Positions 20,809 through 30,099 of a DNA stretch of 64,000 nucleotides are shown here, in pieces. Made by a program: the position numbers and the translations under genes. The notes below the pieces were generated by a model, which was given only the letters and a program-made list of their open reading frames with translations, ran no database searches and was not told the origin of the DNA. The DNA is taken from IMG/VR virus record IMGVR_UViG_3300035698_035366, positions 124,001-188,000 of that record; one strand, written 5' to 3'. The stretch's first letter is position 1, and each line of letters opens with the position of its first letter.

Positions 20809-21365
20809 CAGAAAAATATATTGAAGACCCATCGAACGCAAGATTAGTGGACCATTTATATACAAATTATTTGGTACTGTGGTATTCTTTGTTTTCTTTA
20901 TCAGCACTACAAGATATACCTGATCGAGGAGATGTTACTGTTGGGATGAGCACCGGATCGAAAAATTTTAAAACAATGTTTTTGGATCAATATTCTGATT
21001 ATGAAGAACATATTAGAGACATTGCAATTGTTACCGCAGCAAGGGGATATTTAAAAGAAAACTTCCGCCTAACAAAAAATTATCTTGACGAGTGTGGTCA
21101 ATTGGATAGGATGCAAAATCGTCCTTGGTATCAATTCACTAGAATCCTAGTAAATTGTTTATCTCATAATATGGTTTTTGATTTCAGTACGGTCAATCCA
21201 AACCACCTGCCTGCTCGATATAATGATTATTATATTACTGAAGATATGGATGGGACCTACCCACCACTTGATTTTGATGCAGAGCTTTATATTAACCTCG
21301 GTGATAACATTAGGTATTTTGTAAATGTTAATCCGGACTTATTTGATACAAAGGGTAAAAAATAA
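20805..21365 (+). CDS. Hypothetical protein
   Basis: 186-aa ORF with ATGA overlap to the helicase stop. Confidence 0.6.
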   Translation: MTEKYIEDPSNARLVDHLYTNYLVLWYSLFSLSALQDIPDRGDVTVGMSTGSKNFKTMFLDQYSDYEEHIRDIAIVTAARGYLKENFRLTKNYLDECGQLDRMQNRPWYQFTRILVNCLSHNMVFDFSTVNPNHLPARYNDYYITEDMDGTYPPLDFDAELYINLGDNIRYFVNVNPDLFDTKGKK

Positions 21366-21367
21366 TA

Positions 21368-21907
21368 ATGAGAATTCTAACAAACGAAAATGATGTTTAT
21401 GAAATGAACAACTTACCTGAAGAAGTTAACGAATTGAACTATTGCGTGCTTGATTATTCTAATGCTGCTGATGTTGATTTTTATTTCGTCCCAATGCTAT
21501 TTATGGATACGTTTAGGTCACCCGCAGCCCTTTTACAAATTGGGCCGTATCAAGTACAAGTTCCTCTTGATTGGTCTCTTATAATTGGGGATAAACATTT
21601 AGGTGATTTGGAAATCTTAGAGATTATTAAAATTAATGACCGGGATTTTGATGTATTTACTTTTAATCCAATATCATCATATATGCCCGATTTTCAACAG
21701 TTGGCTATACTGGATATTTTCCCAGATATCAAATGGCATTTCCCAAAATTGAAGTTTGGTCATATTTTACCAATACCACTAGGTGAAAAGAAACAATGGC
21801 CCATGACGAAGGGACCTGAGCCTAAATTAAGCCCGGAATGCTTTTATATTGTTAAAGATATCAATAAGTTATCAGACAGTTTAGACATCGGTAAAGTCAT
21901 TGTATAA
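21368..21907 (+). CDS. Conserved-looking jumbo phage hypothetical protein
   Basis: 179-aa ORF in the replication operon. Confidence 0.6.
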   Translation: MRILTNENDVYEMNNLPEEVNELNYCVLDYSNAADVDFYFVPMLFMDTFRSPAALLQIGPYQVQVPLDWSLIIGDKHLGDLEILEIIKINDRDFDVFTFNPISSYMPDFQQLAILDIFPDIKWHFPKLKFGHILPIPLGEKKQWPMTKGPEPKLSPECFYIVKDINKLSDSLDIGKVIV

Positions 21908-22096
21908 CATTGTATAAAAACGAATGAAGCGGGGTATTACCCCGCTTCAAACTTGTTTAAGAAATTGTTCTGTTTTATCTTATACCGATGGTCGAGTTTT
22001 ACTTCCAACTTGGTGCTCGGTAAAACATCATTCGGAAGAAATATTGAATTACTTATTACTTATATTTATACTACATAGTGGTAATTGGAGATTTAC

Positions 22097-22732
22097 ATGG
22101 CTAAAACAGTGAAAAATACAAATAAAAACCCATATATGGAAGCATTGGCTGCATTAGACAGGGGTGATTTAGAGTATTGGAACCGTTTAGAGGAAGATGA
22201 TAGAAAGAAGATTCCTCCTTTTATTCTTGTGCAATATATGGCTTCCTATGCAGACAGTGAAGTTGATTGGAATGAAGCAAAGAGTCAAGGGCGTAAAAAG
22301 GGTGATGGTAAGGGTGCATGGCCACAACGATTATCTGATAATGCAGTTACTGAAGATTATTTGATACTCGTAAATGAAATGATTAACTTGAGTCTTTGGT
22401 CAATTATTGGTAAACCAGATATGGCATGGAGACTACTGGCCTATATTGGAAGAACTGTGAATAGTTCGAGCTTTTCTCCGAATCGAAATAGCCAACATGT
22501 TTGGATTAATCCAGGAAAGATGAGCACCACACCGAAACTAGATGAATTATTGCATAAATTATACCCATTGGCAAATGGCGATGAAATTGATTTAGTTCGA
22601 AATAATATGTCGGCCAAAGATGTTCAAGATATATGTGAAGATTCCGCAATGGATGCAGCAAAAGTAAAAACATATGTGAAAGAAATGCGTGATTATATTA
22701 AATCTAGAGATGAAGATGACGAATCCGAATAA
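22097..22732 (+). CDS. Possible clamp-loader small subunit (T4 gp62-like)
   Basis: ALAALDRGD…W…PPFILVQYMAS pattern and location. ATG 22097 follows GGAG. Confidence 0.4.
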   Translation: MAKTVKNTNKNPYMEALAALDRGDLEYWNRLEEDDRKKIPPFILVQYMASYADSEVDWNEAKSQGRKKGDGKGAWPQRLSDNAVTEDYLILVNEMINLSLWSIIGKPDMAWRLLAYIGRTVNSSSFSPNRNSQHVWINPGKMSTTPKLDELLHKLYPLANGDEIDLVRNNMSAKDVQDICEDSAMDAAKVKTYVKEMRDYIKSRDEDDESE

Positions 22733-22749
22733 TTTTGCAGTAAAAAACC

Positions 22750-23421
22750 ATGTCATACACTTGTGAATTTTGTAAAAAATCGTTTGTGAAAGAACGAACA
22801 TTAATGGTTCATGTTTGTGAAAAGAAACGCAGATGGATGAATCGAGATGAGCAATATGTAAAAATTGGTTTTATGTCATTCCAGAGATGGTATAAAATGA
22901 ATGGATATAAAAAGGAGAAGACGTACGAAGATTTTATGCAATCAACTTTTTACATAGTATTTACAAAATTTGGAAGGCATTGTATTGATATTCGGGCCAT
23001 TGAAATTGACTCATTTATTGATTTTTTAATCAAAGGAACTGTTAAGGTTGATCGATGGCATAGAGACGAGGTATATATGGAATTCGTTCGTCATCAAACT
23101 TCTAGGGAATCAGCTGAACGCGCAGTTGCAAGAAATGTTCTACTCATGCAACAATGGGCTATGGAAAATTATGAAGAATGGACTGACTTTTTCCGACAAA
23201 TACAAACAGGTGATGCAATACGTTATATAAACACCGGAAGATTAAGCCCCTGGCTACTGTTAAACTGTCCTTCAGCCGAAGAGTTGTTAAATAAAATGAG
23301 CGATGAACAAATGGGAATTGTATCAAAAATGGTCAATCCCAGGAGTTGGCAACGTAAATTTAGAGAAGACCCAGAAGCTGTCATAATGATAAAAGACTGG
23401 GCTAAGGAAAGTGGGCTATGA
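22750..23421 (+). CDS. Hypothetical protein with N-terminal zinc finger
   Basis: YTCEFCKKSF…LMVHVC. Confidence 0.65.
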   Translation: MSYTCEFCKKSFVKERTLMVHVCEKKRRWMNRDEQYVKIGFMSFQRWYKMNGYKKEKTYEDFMQSTFYIVFTKFGRHCIDIRAIEIDSFIDFLIKGTVKVDRWHRDEVYMEFVRHQTSRESAERAVARNVLLMQQWAMENYEEWTDFFRQIQTGDAIRYINTGRLSPWLLLNCPSAEELLNKMSDEQMGIVSKMVNPRSWQRKFREDPEAVIMIKDWAKESGL

Positions 23422-23696
23422 CAAACTTAAAAAAAATGCAATATCAAGAAAAAAGAACTCAAGAGGAAATTGAGGCGGCTAAGCCCGATCCAATTCCTCT
23501 ACCATTTGTTCAAGCCAAAGAAGCTGTTACTGTTGTTGGTACCGATAATCCAAAGCATCAAGAGACAGTAATAAAACACGACCGAGAAATAAAGAAATTG
23601 ACAAATCAATTACGTAATGCTATGTTAACTATACGTAATATGGAAAATAGAATTAAAGTATTAGAGAGAGAACGACAAAGCGCAGCAAGATGGTAA
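23418..23696 (+). CDS. Small coiled-coil hypothetical protein
   Basis: ATGA-coupled ORF with heptad-like C-terminal half. Confidence 0.6.
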   Translation: MTNLKKMQYQEKRTQEEIEAAKPDPIPLPFVQAKEAVTVVGTDNPKHQETVIKHDREIKKLTNQLRNAMLTIRNMENRIKVLERERQSAARW

Positions 23697-24280
23697 AAAC
23701 GGTAACAGATATTGACATTGATTTTGGCGGTCGAGATAATGTTTTGGAATTAATTCCTCACATCACTGCAAGCCGGTTAGATGGAAATATGCTTGTCAAA
23801 CACAATGTTGGGGTTTATCTCCAGGAAATACCAATGGACCCAATAACTGGGTTATCCACTATTCCATATCAAGAAGCAGAAGAACGTGGATATTTTAAGT
23901 TTGATTTCCTTAATGTCCGGGCTTATGGTTTGGATCAAATCGAAGATGAAGATCATTTATTAAGACTTATTGATCAAGAACCAATTTGGGATATGTTGCG
24001 TTATCAAGATATCACTAACCAACTATTCCAAGTTAACGGAGAGGAAAATTTCCGTCTATTGCAATTAATGCACCCGAAATCAGTTGAACAACTAGCAATG
24101 ACTTTGGCATTACAACGACCCGGAAAACGGCATTTAGTTGGGAAATCATGGGAAAAAATTGAAGAAGAAGTTTGGGATGCCACTGGCGATGGTTATGTCT
24201 TCAAGCGCAGTCACGCTACTGCTTACGCGATAGCGATTGTGGTGCAATTAAATTTATTAACGGAACAAGCGATTGGATGA
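23690..24280 (+). CDS. Miniature DNA polymerase III alpha (DnaE)-like protein
   Basis: DIDIDF, KHNVGVY, FKFDFL, LALQRPG and FKRSHATAY motifs in only 196 aa. Confidence 0.75.
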   Translation: MVKTVTDIDIDFGGRDNVLELIPHITASRLDGNMLVKHNVGVYLQEIPMDPITGLSTIPYQEAEERGYFKFDFLNVRAYGLDQIEDEDHLLRLIDQEPIWDMLRYQDITNQLFQVNGEENFRLLQLMHPKSVEQLAMTLALQRPGKRHLVGKSWEKIEEEVWDATGDGYVFKRSHATAYAIAIVVQLNLLTEQAIG

Positions 24281-24606
24281 CAAGCTGGAAATCTTACGAC
24301 TGGTATAAGGTAGAGAGGTGCCCACAATTCGTTCAAGATGCTGATTGTTGTGATATAAATGATGATGGTGTGTTACCAATTAAATTAGATGTTCCGCAAA
24401 TGAAATTACATCATTTGTTTTGGTGTGTTGATAATTGTGAAGGTTTATTCCATCGATGCCGGCAAGAAAAAATTGACCCAATAGCTGATAATTCGGATAT
24501 AGCTTGGGTTCCGGTAGTAAATGTTATGGCTTTCGAAAATAAAAATGATGCAATTATGTTTAGGCTTAGATGGGGAATGATAGACGATGGCTCCGAAATT
24601 ATTTGA
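24277..24606 (+). CDS. Small protein, FxxxxDAxLFKL family
   Basis: MAFENKNDAIMFRLRWG. ATGA overlap at 24277. Confidence 0.65.
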   Translation: MTSWKSYDWYKVERCPQFVQDADCCDINDDGVLPIKLDVPQMKLHHLFWCVDNCEGLFHRCRQEKIDPIADNSDIAWVPVVNVMAFENKNDAIMFRLRWGMIDDGSEII

Positions 24607-24928
24607 TCACTTAGAACCAACCGATGGGCGAACATTTGAAGAGCTTCACCGATTTCTAACTGGCGAACGAAACGAAAATCACGCAAATAGAATTACTAAA
24701 ATAAATAAATCCAATATAACGCTCCTTAATTCATTAGATTTTGATTGGATGGTTAACAAAGTATTACCTTGGCCTGTTAAATTAAATGACGGTCCACCCT
24801 ATAAGAATTTCGACGCTATTGAAGAATGGTTGATGGATAATTGTCTTGGTCGATATTATGGTAATTATGGGTCGTTTAGATTTGAAATTAAAGATGATGC
24901 AATACGATTCAAAATGACCTGGATGTAA
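24587..24928 (+). CDS. Small protein, FxxxxDAxLFKL family
   Basis: EEWLMDNCLGRY…FRFEIKDDAIRFKMTW. Confidence 0.65.
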   Translation: MAPKLFDHLEPTDGRTFEELHRFLTGERNENHANRITKINKSNITLLNSLDFDWMVNKVLPWPVKLNDGPPYKNFDAIEEWLMDNCLGRYYGNYGSFRFEIKDDAIRFKMTWM

Positions 24929-24929
24929 A

Positions 24930-25127
24930 ATGCATATCGTTGTTATTAAAAATGAAACGCAAGAAGAACGAGCAGAGATGAAGCGATGGTTCATTGATAA
25001 ATATGGTTCTTTGAATAGACGCCGTGATGCATCATTATTTGATTCCGGTAATTTAGCCAAACTCACTTCTTGGGGATTCTTTTTTGAAGAAGAGGACGCG
25101 ATCTTGTTTAAGTTGACTTGGGGATAA
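24930..25127 (+). CDS. Small protein, FxxxxDAxLFKL family
   Basis: FFFEEEDAILFKLTWG. Confidence 0.65.
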   Translation: MHIVVIKNETQEERAEMKRWFIDKYGSLNRRRDASLFDSGNLAKLTSWGFFFEEEDAILFKLTWG

Positions 25128-25130
25128 AGG

Positions 25131-25159
25131 TTGACTTACGCCTCCCAATAAATTATATT
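25131..25159 (+). promoter_or_regulatory. Sigma70-type promoter inside the paralogue array
   Basis: TTGACT-17 nt-TATATT. Confidence 0.65.
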
Positions 25160-25217
25160 AATGCAATCTTACGTATATAAGAAGATGAGATATTGTTTAA
25201 ATTAAAATTGGATTTCA

Positions 25218-25457
25218 GTGATGCAAACATATAACATGGATGAATTTAAGCATTTCGTGCCGATACCTGAAAAAATGCAAGGAGTATCCTGGAAGATAAC
25301 AGATTTGCTATACGACGTTAAACCAAAAGACTATATGATTTTATATAATCTTTACCATGAAGCGAATGGACAATGGCATACTGGGCCATCTACTGTAGCT
25401 GTAGTAATCGCCTTTAAAAATGAGGAAGACGCGGTTAAACTTAGGTTGCAGTTATGA
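25218..25457 (+). CDS. Small protein, FxxxxDAxLFKL family
   Basis: IAFKNEEDAVKLRLQL. Confidence 0.65.
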   Translation: MMQTYNMDEFKHFVPIPEKMQGVSWKITDLLYDVKPKDYMILYNLYHEANGQWHTGPSTVAVVIAFKNEEDAVKLRLQL

Positions 25458-25717
25458 GGTTGTTTTTCTGGAGAAAAGACGAATGTGAACTTCCTACTCA
25501 AATAGAGGAAACTTGGTATGACGAATTTCCTCATGAAATAATTTTGAACTCAATTATAACGATTACTTCAACAGATGTTTATCAATTTCTGAGAGAGAAC
25601 TTTGAAATTGGATCATACCGGGATATCAGGCAACAACAGGGATTTTTTACAGTTACAATTGGATATAAATTCAAGAACGAGGAGGATGCCGCACTCTTTA
25701 AGCTTTGTTTTTTGTAA
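25454..25717 (+). CDS. Small protein, FxxxxDAxLFKL family
   Basis: YKFKNEEDAALFKLCFL. Confidence 0.65.
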   Translation: MRLFFWRKDECELPTQIEETWYDEFPHEIILNSIITITSTDVYQFLRENFEIGSYRDIRQQQGFFTVTIGYKFKNEEDAALFKLCFL

Positions 25718-25728
25718 ATAAGAGCGTA

Positions 25729-26061
25729 ATGCATGATACGATGAAATACTTGAAACTTCGAGAACCTTATCAAGATACTGAGCATGATCTTCTGATTAAA
25801 TCCAAATGGAGAAAAACTGAAAAAATATGTGAAGATAAATGGGATCATGACCTTGATAGGGGATATATTTCAAGTGATAAAAATAAGGCTTATTCTTATC
25901 AAGTGATTGTCGATCAGGTGATAGCGCATAATGAATTGCGTTGGTGTGGTGAGAATTGTAGCGGTAAATTTTATAGAGACCGACAATTTAAATCAGGTTG
26001 TTTGAACATTATGGTGTTTGAATTAGAAGAGGACGCCATATTATTCAGGATGGCTCATTAA
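25729..26061 (+). CDS. Small protein, FxxxxDAxLFKL family
   Basis: LRWCGENCSGKFY…VFELEEDAILFRMA. The start is uncertain (25705 TTG or 25729 ATG). Confidence 0.6.
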   Translation: MHDTMKYLKLREPYQDTEHDLLIKSKWRKTEKICEDKWDHDLDRGYISSDKNKAYSYQVIVDQVIAHNELRWCGENCSGKFYRDRQFKSGCLNIMVFELEEDAILFRMAH

Positions 26062-26600
26062 TGACCAAAATAATTAAACCAATACTAAAAAATACCAATA
26101 TGAGTTTGCTAAGATCATGGCTTGAAGAAGATATGAGCTATGTATCTTGGGAAATAGTGGGAAACGCGATCGAATTCAAAGATGATGGAACAACGGCTTC
26201 GCAATGTGATATAAACCATTATGATACAATGTGGGCTGTCACTTATCCTGATAATGTAGTATTACTTCCAATACACAAAAATGAAGAAATGTTGGCAACA
26301 TGGTTTAATTTGACATGTGATAAAACTTATATACTTAACGAATTTATGATAACAGAAAATTTAAGAACCGTTATACAAGATTCAAAAGATAAGTCAGTTC
26401 ATATAATGTGTAAAAACACTGGGGCATCTTCAATCTCTAAAATTGAAATTGTTGATTTTCATTATGTTTCTAATTGTTCAGTATTATCTACCCCTATGAA
26501 TATAATATCCACTAGCATTGCAATAACATTTGAAGATTATGATGAACAGGTAGAATTTGTTCTTACGTGGGGAGATGCCCGCCATGATACGAATGATTAA
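26061..26600 (+). CDS. Protein of the FxxxxDAxLFKL family, possibly two tandem units
   Basis: C-terminal ITFEDYDEQVEFVLTWG; internal HKNEEMLATWFNLT. Confidence 0.55.
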   Translation: MTKIIKPILKNTNMSLLRSWLEEDMSYVSWEIVGNAIEFKDDGTTASQCDINHYDTMWAVTYPDNVVLLPIHKNEEMLATWFNLTCDKTYILNEFMITENLRTVIQDSKDKSVHIMCKNTGASSISKIEIVDFHYVSNCSVLSTPMNIISTSIAITFEDYDEQVEFVLTWGDARHDTND

Positions 26601-26892
26601 CCTTGATACCTTTGAACAAGAACAATGGAACCATAAGAACGAAGATAAACGGAAACCATTTGTATGGATTAATGGCAACACTGGTTTTAACGCAACTGAA
26701 TTGATACAATGGGTTAATGATAATTGTAAAGGGCGTTTTTTCATACCGGCCACCATGGCCGCCAATCCTAAAATGTTTAGTCATGATATTCTTCGAATTG
26801 GAACTTGGCGTATATGGTTTGAAGAAAAAGATGATGCGGTATTATTTATTTTGACATTTGGTAAAGGTAAAAGCCCGTTTGAATTATCTTAG
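26584..26892 (+). CDS. Small protein, FxxxxDAxLFKL family
   Basis: IQWVNDNCKGRFF…IWFEEKDDAVLFILTFG. Confidence 0.65.
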   Translation: MIRMINLDTFEQEQWNHKNEDKRKPFVWINGNTGFNATELIQWVNDNCKGRFFIPATMAANPKMFSHDILRIGTWRIWFEEKDDAVLFILTFGKGKSPFELS

Positions 26893-27284
26893 TCCATTTT
26901 ACGAACAAGTGAAATTGTTCTTTTCTTAATCCTCTTTGACATAATATCTTGTAAAGAAATAATCGGACCAAAAACAATTGTAAAATCTTTGCGATTAAAT
27001 GTTTTTAAAATGGGTCTAAACGGCTCAAAATCTCTTTTAATAAAAATGTTGATTGGTATTGTGCGATTGCTTTCCCACCACCAATGATCACCCAGCTCTA
27101 AAAATTTATTTTTGTCGTCGTCATTGATAATTTGATTCCAGCAATAGATACTGATAATTTGGTTATCACAATTCTGAACTATTCCCACATAATCTTTATC
27201 TAAATATTGTCCATACGTCATGAATGGAAATTTTTCACGTATACGAATATAAGCTGGATTGATATTTTCTAAATTTTCTTCCAT
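26889..27284 (-). CDS. Conserved-looking jumbo phage hypothetical protein
   Basis: MEENLE…KFPFMTY…YVGIVQN…WWWESNRTIPINIF. Probable ATG at 27284. Confidence 0.65.
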   Translation of the reverse strand: MEENLENINPAYIRIREKFPFMTYGQYLDKDYVGIVQNCDNQIISIYCWNQIINDDDKNKFLELGDHWWWESNRTIPINIFIKRDFEPFRPILKTFNRKDFTIVFGPIISLQDIMSKRIKKRTISLVRKMD

Positions 27285-27396
27285 TGGTAACCCGATATTG
27301 TTAGTGATCCCCGATCTTCTAATATTTAGCAGTACAAAAATTAAGACTTTGAAATAAATATAATAGTTATAATGTATTACATTCGGAGACTTAACA

Positions 27397-28317
27397 ATGG
27401 ATCGACTAGTTTTAAATAACCTCAATGACCTGAGACAACTTCATACCAATCAAGGGGATGGTTTTGAATTTTTTACACTTTCAAAAGAATTCCCATTGAA
27501 AGCAGAAAAGGAGTATTCATCTATAACTGCTTGGTGGTGTGCTGAATTCGCTAGATTGGCGTATGTTGAAGATGTGACTCGAATTAAAGATGAATGTATT
27601 AAACATGGATTTAAAATTGAGTTGTTTTATGTAGATGACACCGAGGCACATATTGCGTGGGATGATGATCATATTATCTGCTTCTTCCGTGGAACCCAAC
27701 CAGATCAAATTGGTGATATTGTAACTGATTTGCGTTTTTTCAAAGAGCAGTCGCGTACCCATGGGCTTGTTCATGGTGGATTCAAGGATTCGTTGGATGA
27801 AGTATGGAATGATATGGAAATATTACTCAATATTATAGATAATGGAAAAAGAAAATTCCTATTTACTGGGCATTCATTGGGGGCCGCCCTGGCAACTCTA
27901 GCAGCATCGAGATGGTTAAAAGAAACAATTGTATATACATTTGGGTCACCTCGATGTGGTAATAAACAATTTGCAACTGGGTTTGATGCAGAAAATGTAC
28001 ATCATCGATTTACAAATGACAATGATATAGTACCACACATCCCACCGAGGTTTATGGGTTTTGTTCACACTGGTCAACGACATGTTATTGATTATAATGA
28101 AGCATTTGAATACCATGATGACGGAAAGGGTAGTAAAATATATCAAAAAGTAATGAAGATTATATTGTCCGTAACGAAGCTATGGGTGAGAACAGTTATA
28201 GCGACCACTGCTATCATCGTTCGTAAACTGGTTACTGAAAAAATAACTGATCACAGCATGGCCCATTATTCAAAATATTTAGAGAATCACCTACGTGAAA
28301 TGTTATCGGTTAAATAA
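27397..28317 (+). CDS. Class 3 (fungal-type) lipase
   Basis: FRGT, VHGGF, nucleophile elbow TGHSLG, YTFGSPR, NDIVPHIP, C-terminal DHSMAHY. Confidence 0.9.
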   Translation: MDRLVLNNLNDLRQLHTNQGDGFEFFTLSKEFPLKAEKEYSSITAWWCAEFARLAYVEDVTRIKDECIKHGFKIELFYVDDTEAHIAWDDDHIICFFRGTQPDQIGDIVTDLRFFKEQSRTHGLVHGGFKDSLDEVWNDMEILLNIIDNGKRKFLFTGHSLGAALATLAASRWLKETIVYTFGSPRCGNKQFATGFDAENVHHRFTNDNDIVPHIPPRFMGFVHTGQRHVIDYNEAFEYHDDGKGSKIYQKVMKIILSVTKLWVRTVIATTAIIVRKLVTEKITDHSMAHYSKYLENHLREMLSVK

Positions 28318-28346
28318 GTGAGTAGTTAATTAATGAGGTAGAATGT

Positions 28347-28877
28347 ATGTTTAAATTAAAAATATGCGGTTTATACGAATCAGGATATTTTATGAATCAA
28401 TGTACGAAAGCGATTGGTATCGTTAATCCTGATGCAGAAGTAACACCAACAGAAAAATATCATGTAACTGTGTGTCATGATATATCTGAGAATATGGAAG
28501 ATTGGTATGTGCTACCAACAATTGAAATGTTTGAAGAGGTTTTAGAATTCTCCAAGGGTTTCGTAGAGTATGATAAAGTTATGATTCATTGCTCGGCAGG
28601 AATAGCAAGAAGCACAGCCACAGCTTTAATGGTATTATTACAGCATGGCGCAACAATAGAAGAAGCATATGATATTGTATTTGAAGCTAGGCCACATATG
28701 AATCCAAATACATTGATACTTTCTTTTGCTGATAACTTATTAGGTTATTCGGGAGAATTGATTGATTATCATAAAAAATGGGCAAAAAACAAACGAATCA
28801 ATCCTACTAATTTTGCTGGACAGAAACTCGCTAACCCAGAAATCGACACCATGAAGAAAATGTTAGCACGACTTTGA
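28347..28877 (+). CDS. Cys-based (dual-specificity/tyrosine) phosphatase
   Basis: HCSAGIARS (CX5R), then RPHMNPN. Confidence 0.85.
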   Translation: MFKLKICGLYESGYFMNQCTKAIGIVNPDAEVTPTEKYHVTVCHDISENMEDWYVLPTIEMFEEVLEFSKGFVEYDKVMIHCSAGIARSTATALMVLLQHGATIEEAYDIVFEARPHMNPNTLILSFADNLLGYSGELIDYHKKWAKNKRINPTNFAGQKLANPEIDTMKKMLARL

Positions 28878-28906
28878 GCTAAATAAGCTAATAAAGGTGG
28901 ATAATC

Positions 28907-29734
28907 ATGCCCAGAGCAAAAGTGAAACTATATGTTTATCCATGGAAAGTTCAGCTGACACTGGGCAACCATGGAGTGGAGAATTATAATATGCCATTTG
29001 GTGAAGCGGATTTTCGTGTATACAAAGGATCAACGACTAATATCGATTTTGAGATTAAAGACGTTGATCGCAAACCAGTTAGTGCAATTGGTAAAAATGC
29101 AATCATAACAATCCTTGATCATGAGAATCGTTTCGAAGTTCTTACCAAGGATTTGGAAGTGATTAATGATCTAAAAGGAAAACTACAATTACAGTTGACA
29201 CCAACTGATGTTAATAGTTTGGATGATGGTTGGTATGACTATGTTGTTCTGTTAGAGAATGAAGATGGTACGCAAAATGTTCTTTATACTGATCAAACAA
29301 TGACGGCCAGGGGATATTTTGAAATTATCGGTGATATGCTCCCTCCAAATGTTATGTCTATGGATTTTGGTGACCCAATGACTGATTGGTTGGCCTCCAC
29401 CAATGCTGATACTTTGATTACAACGTATTATAGCGCACCAGAGCTGGGTGATGCATCAATAGGCGATGAGTGGGGCCTACACACAGCGGCTATTTACCTA
29501 ACTGACTATTCCGGTACAATTAAGATTCAGGGATCACTGGAAAGCACTGCGCCATCTGATAACGCACAGTGGTTTGATATTTCCATTACACCTAATACCT
29601 TTGAAGCAGTTTTTGAGAATGTTTCAGGTATTCAGGCGTATAATTTTGAAGCCAATGTTACATGGGTGCGTTTTTGTCGTGTTGATGCTACTCTAAATAC
29701 CGGTACAGTAGATAAGGTCCTTCTTAAACTATAA
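28907..29734 (+). CDS. Putative virion structural protein (Ig/BppU-like beta-rich)
   Basis: Beta-strand-rich 275-aa ORF after GCTAAATA (28878). Confidence 0.55.
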   Translation: MPRAKVKLYVYPWKVQLTLGNHGVENYNMPFGEADFRVYKGSTTNIDFEIKDVDRKPVSAIGKNAIITILDHENRFEVLTKDLEVINDLKGKLQLQLTPTDVNSLDDGWYDYVVLLENEDGTQNVLYTDQTMTARGYFEIIGDMLPPNVMSMDFGDPMTDWLASTNADTLITTYYSAPELGDASIGDEWGLHTAAIYLTDYSGTIKIQGSLESTAPSDNAQWFDISITPNTFEAVFENVSGIQAYNFEANVTWVRFCRVDATLNTGTVDKVLLKL

Positions 29735-29769
29735 ATTGATAATTATCAAGTATTATGTTAAATTAAAGT

Positions 29770-30099
29770 ATGGAAAACTATATGTTTGCATATTTTGAAA
29801 CAACTGACCGTCTCAAAATGTATAAGGATAATACACTTGGGGCGATTTCGCTTGACGAAAATGTCAAACTTTGGGCAGAAAATAATGGGATTAATTATAA
29901 CATCCCCAAAATTAGATTTATAACATTGGATCATTTAGATACACGTCTGTCAATGACTGGTTCGCACCCAATGATCGGATATAGACTCATAGAATCGGAT
30001 GCTGTATTATTTAAGTTAGAGTTTATGCTTGCCAAGTTTGAAAAAATTGGATCAAGGGAATATGATGAAATTGATTATATAAAGATAAAAAGAATATGA
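29770..30099 (+). CDS. Small protein, FxxxxDAxLFKL family (divergent)
   Basis: YRLIESDAVLFKLEF. Confidence 0.6.
   Translation: MENYMFAYFETTDRLKMYKDNTLGAISLDENVKLWAENNGINYNIPKIRFITLDHLDTRLSMTGSHPMIGYRLIESDAVLFKLEFMLAKFEKIGSREYDEIDYIKIKRI

Noticed and set aside
21924-22112. 62-aa ORF between two replication genes
   Set aside because: No RBS or recognisable motif and it overlaps the next gene's RBS region; more likely intergenic/regulatory DNA.
24277-26892. Diversity-generating retroelement or CRISPR-like array behind the repeated motif
   Set aside because: Similarity is at protein level only. I saw no near-identical DNA template/variable repeat pair, no reverse transcriptase, and no regularly spaced repeats.
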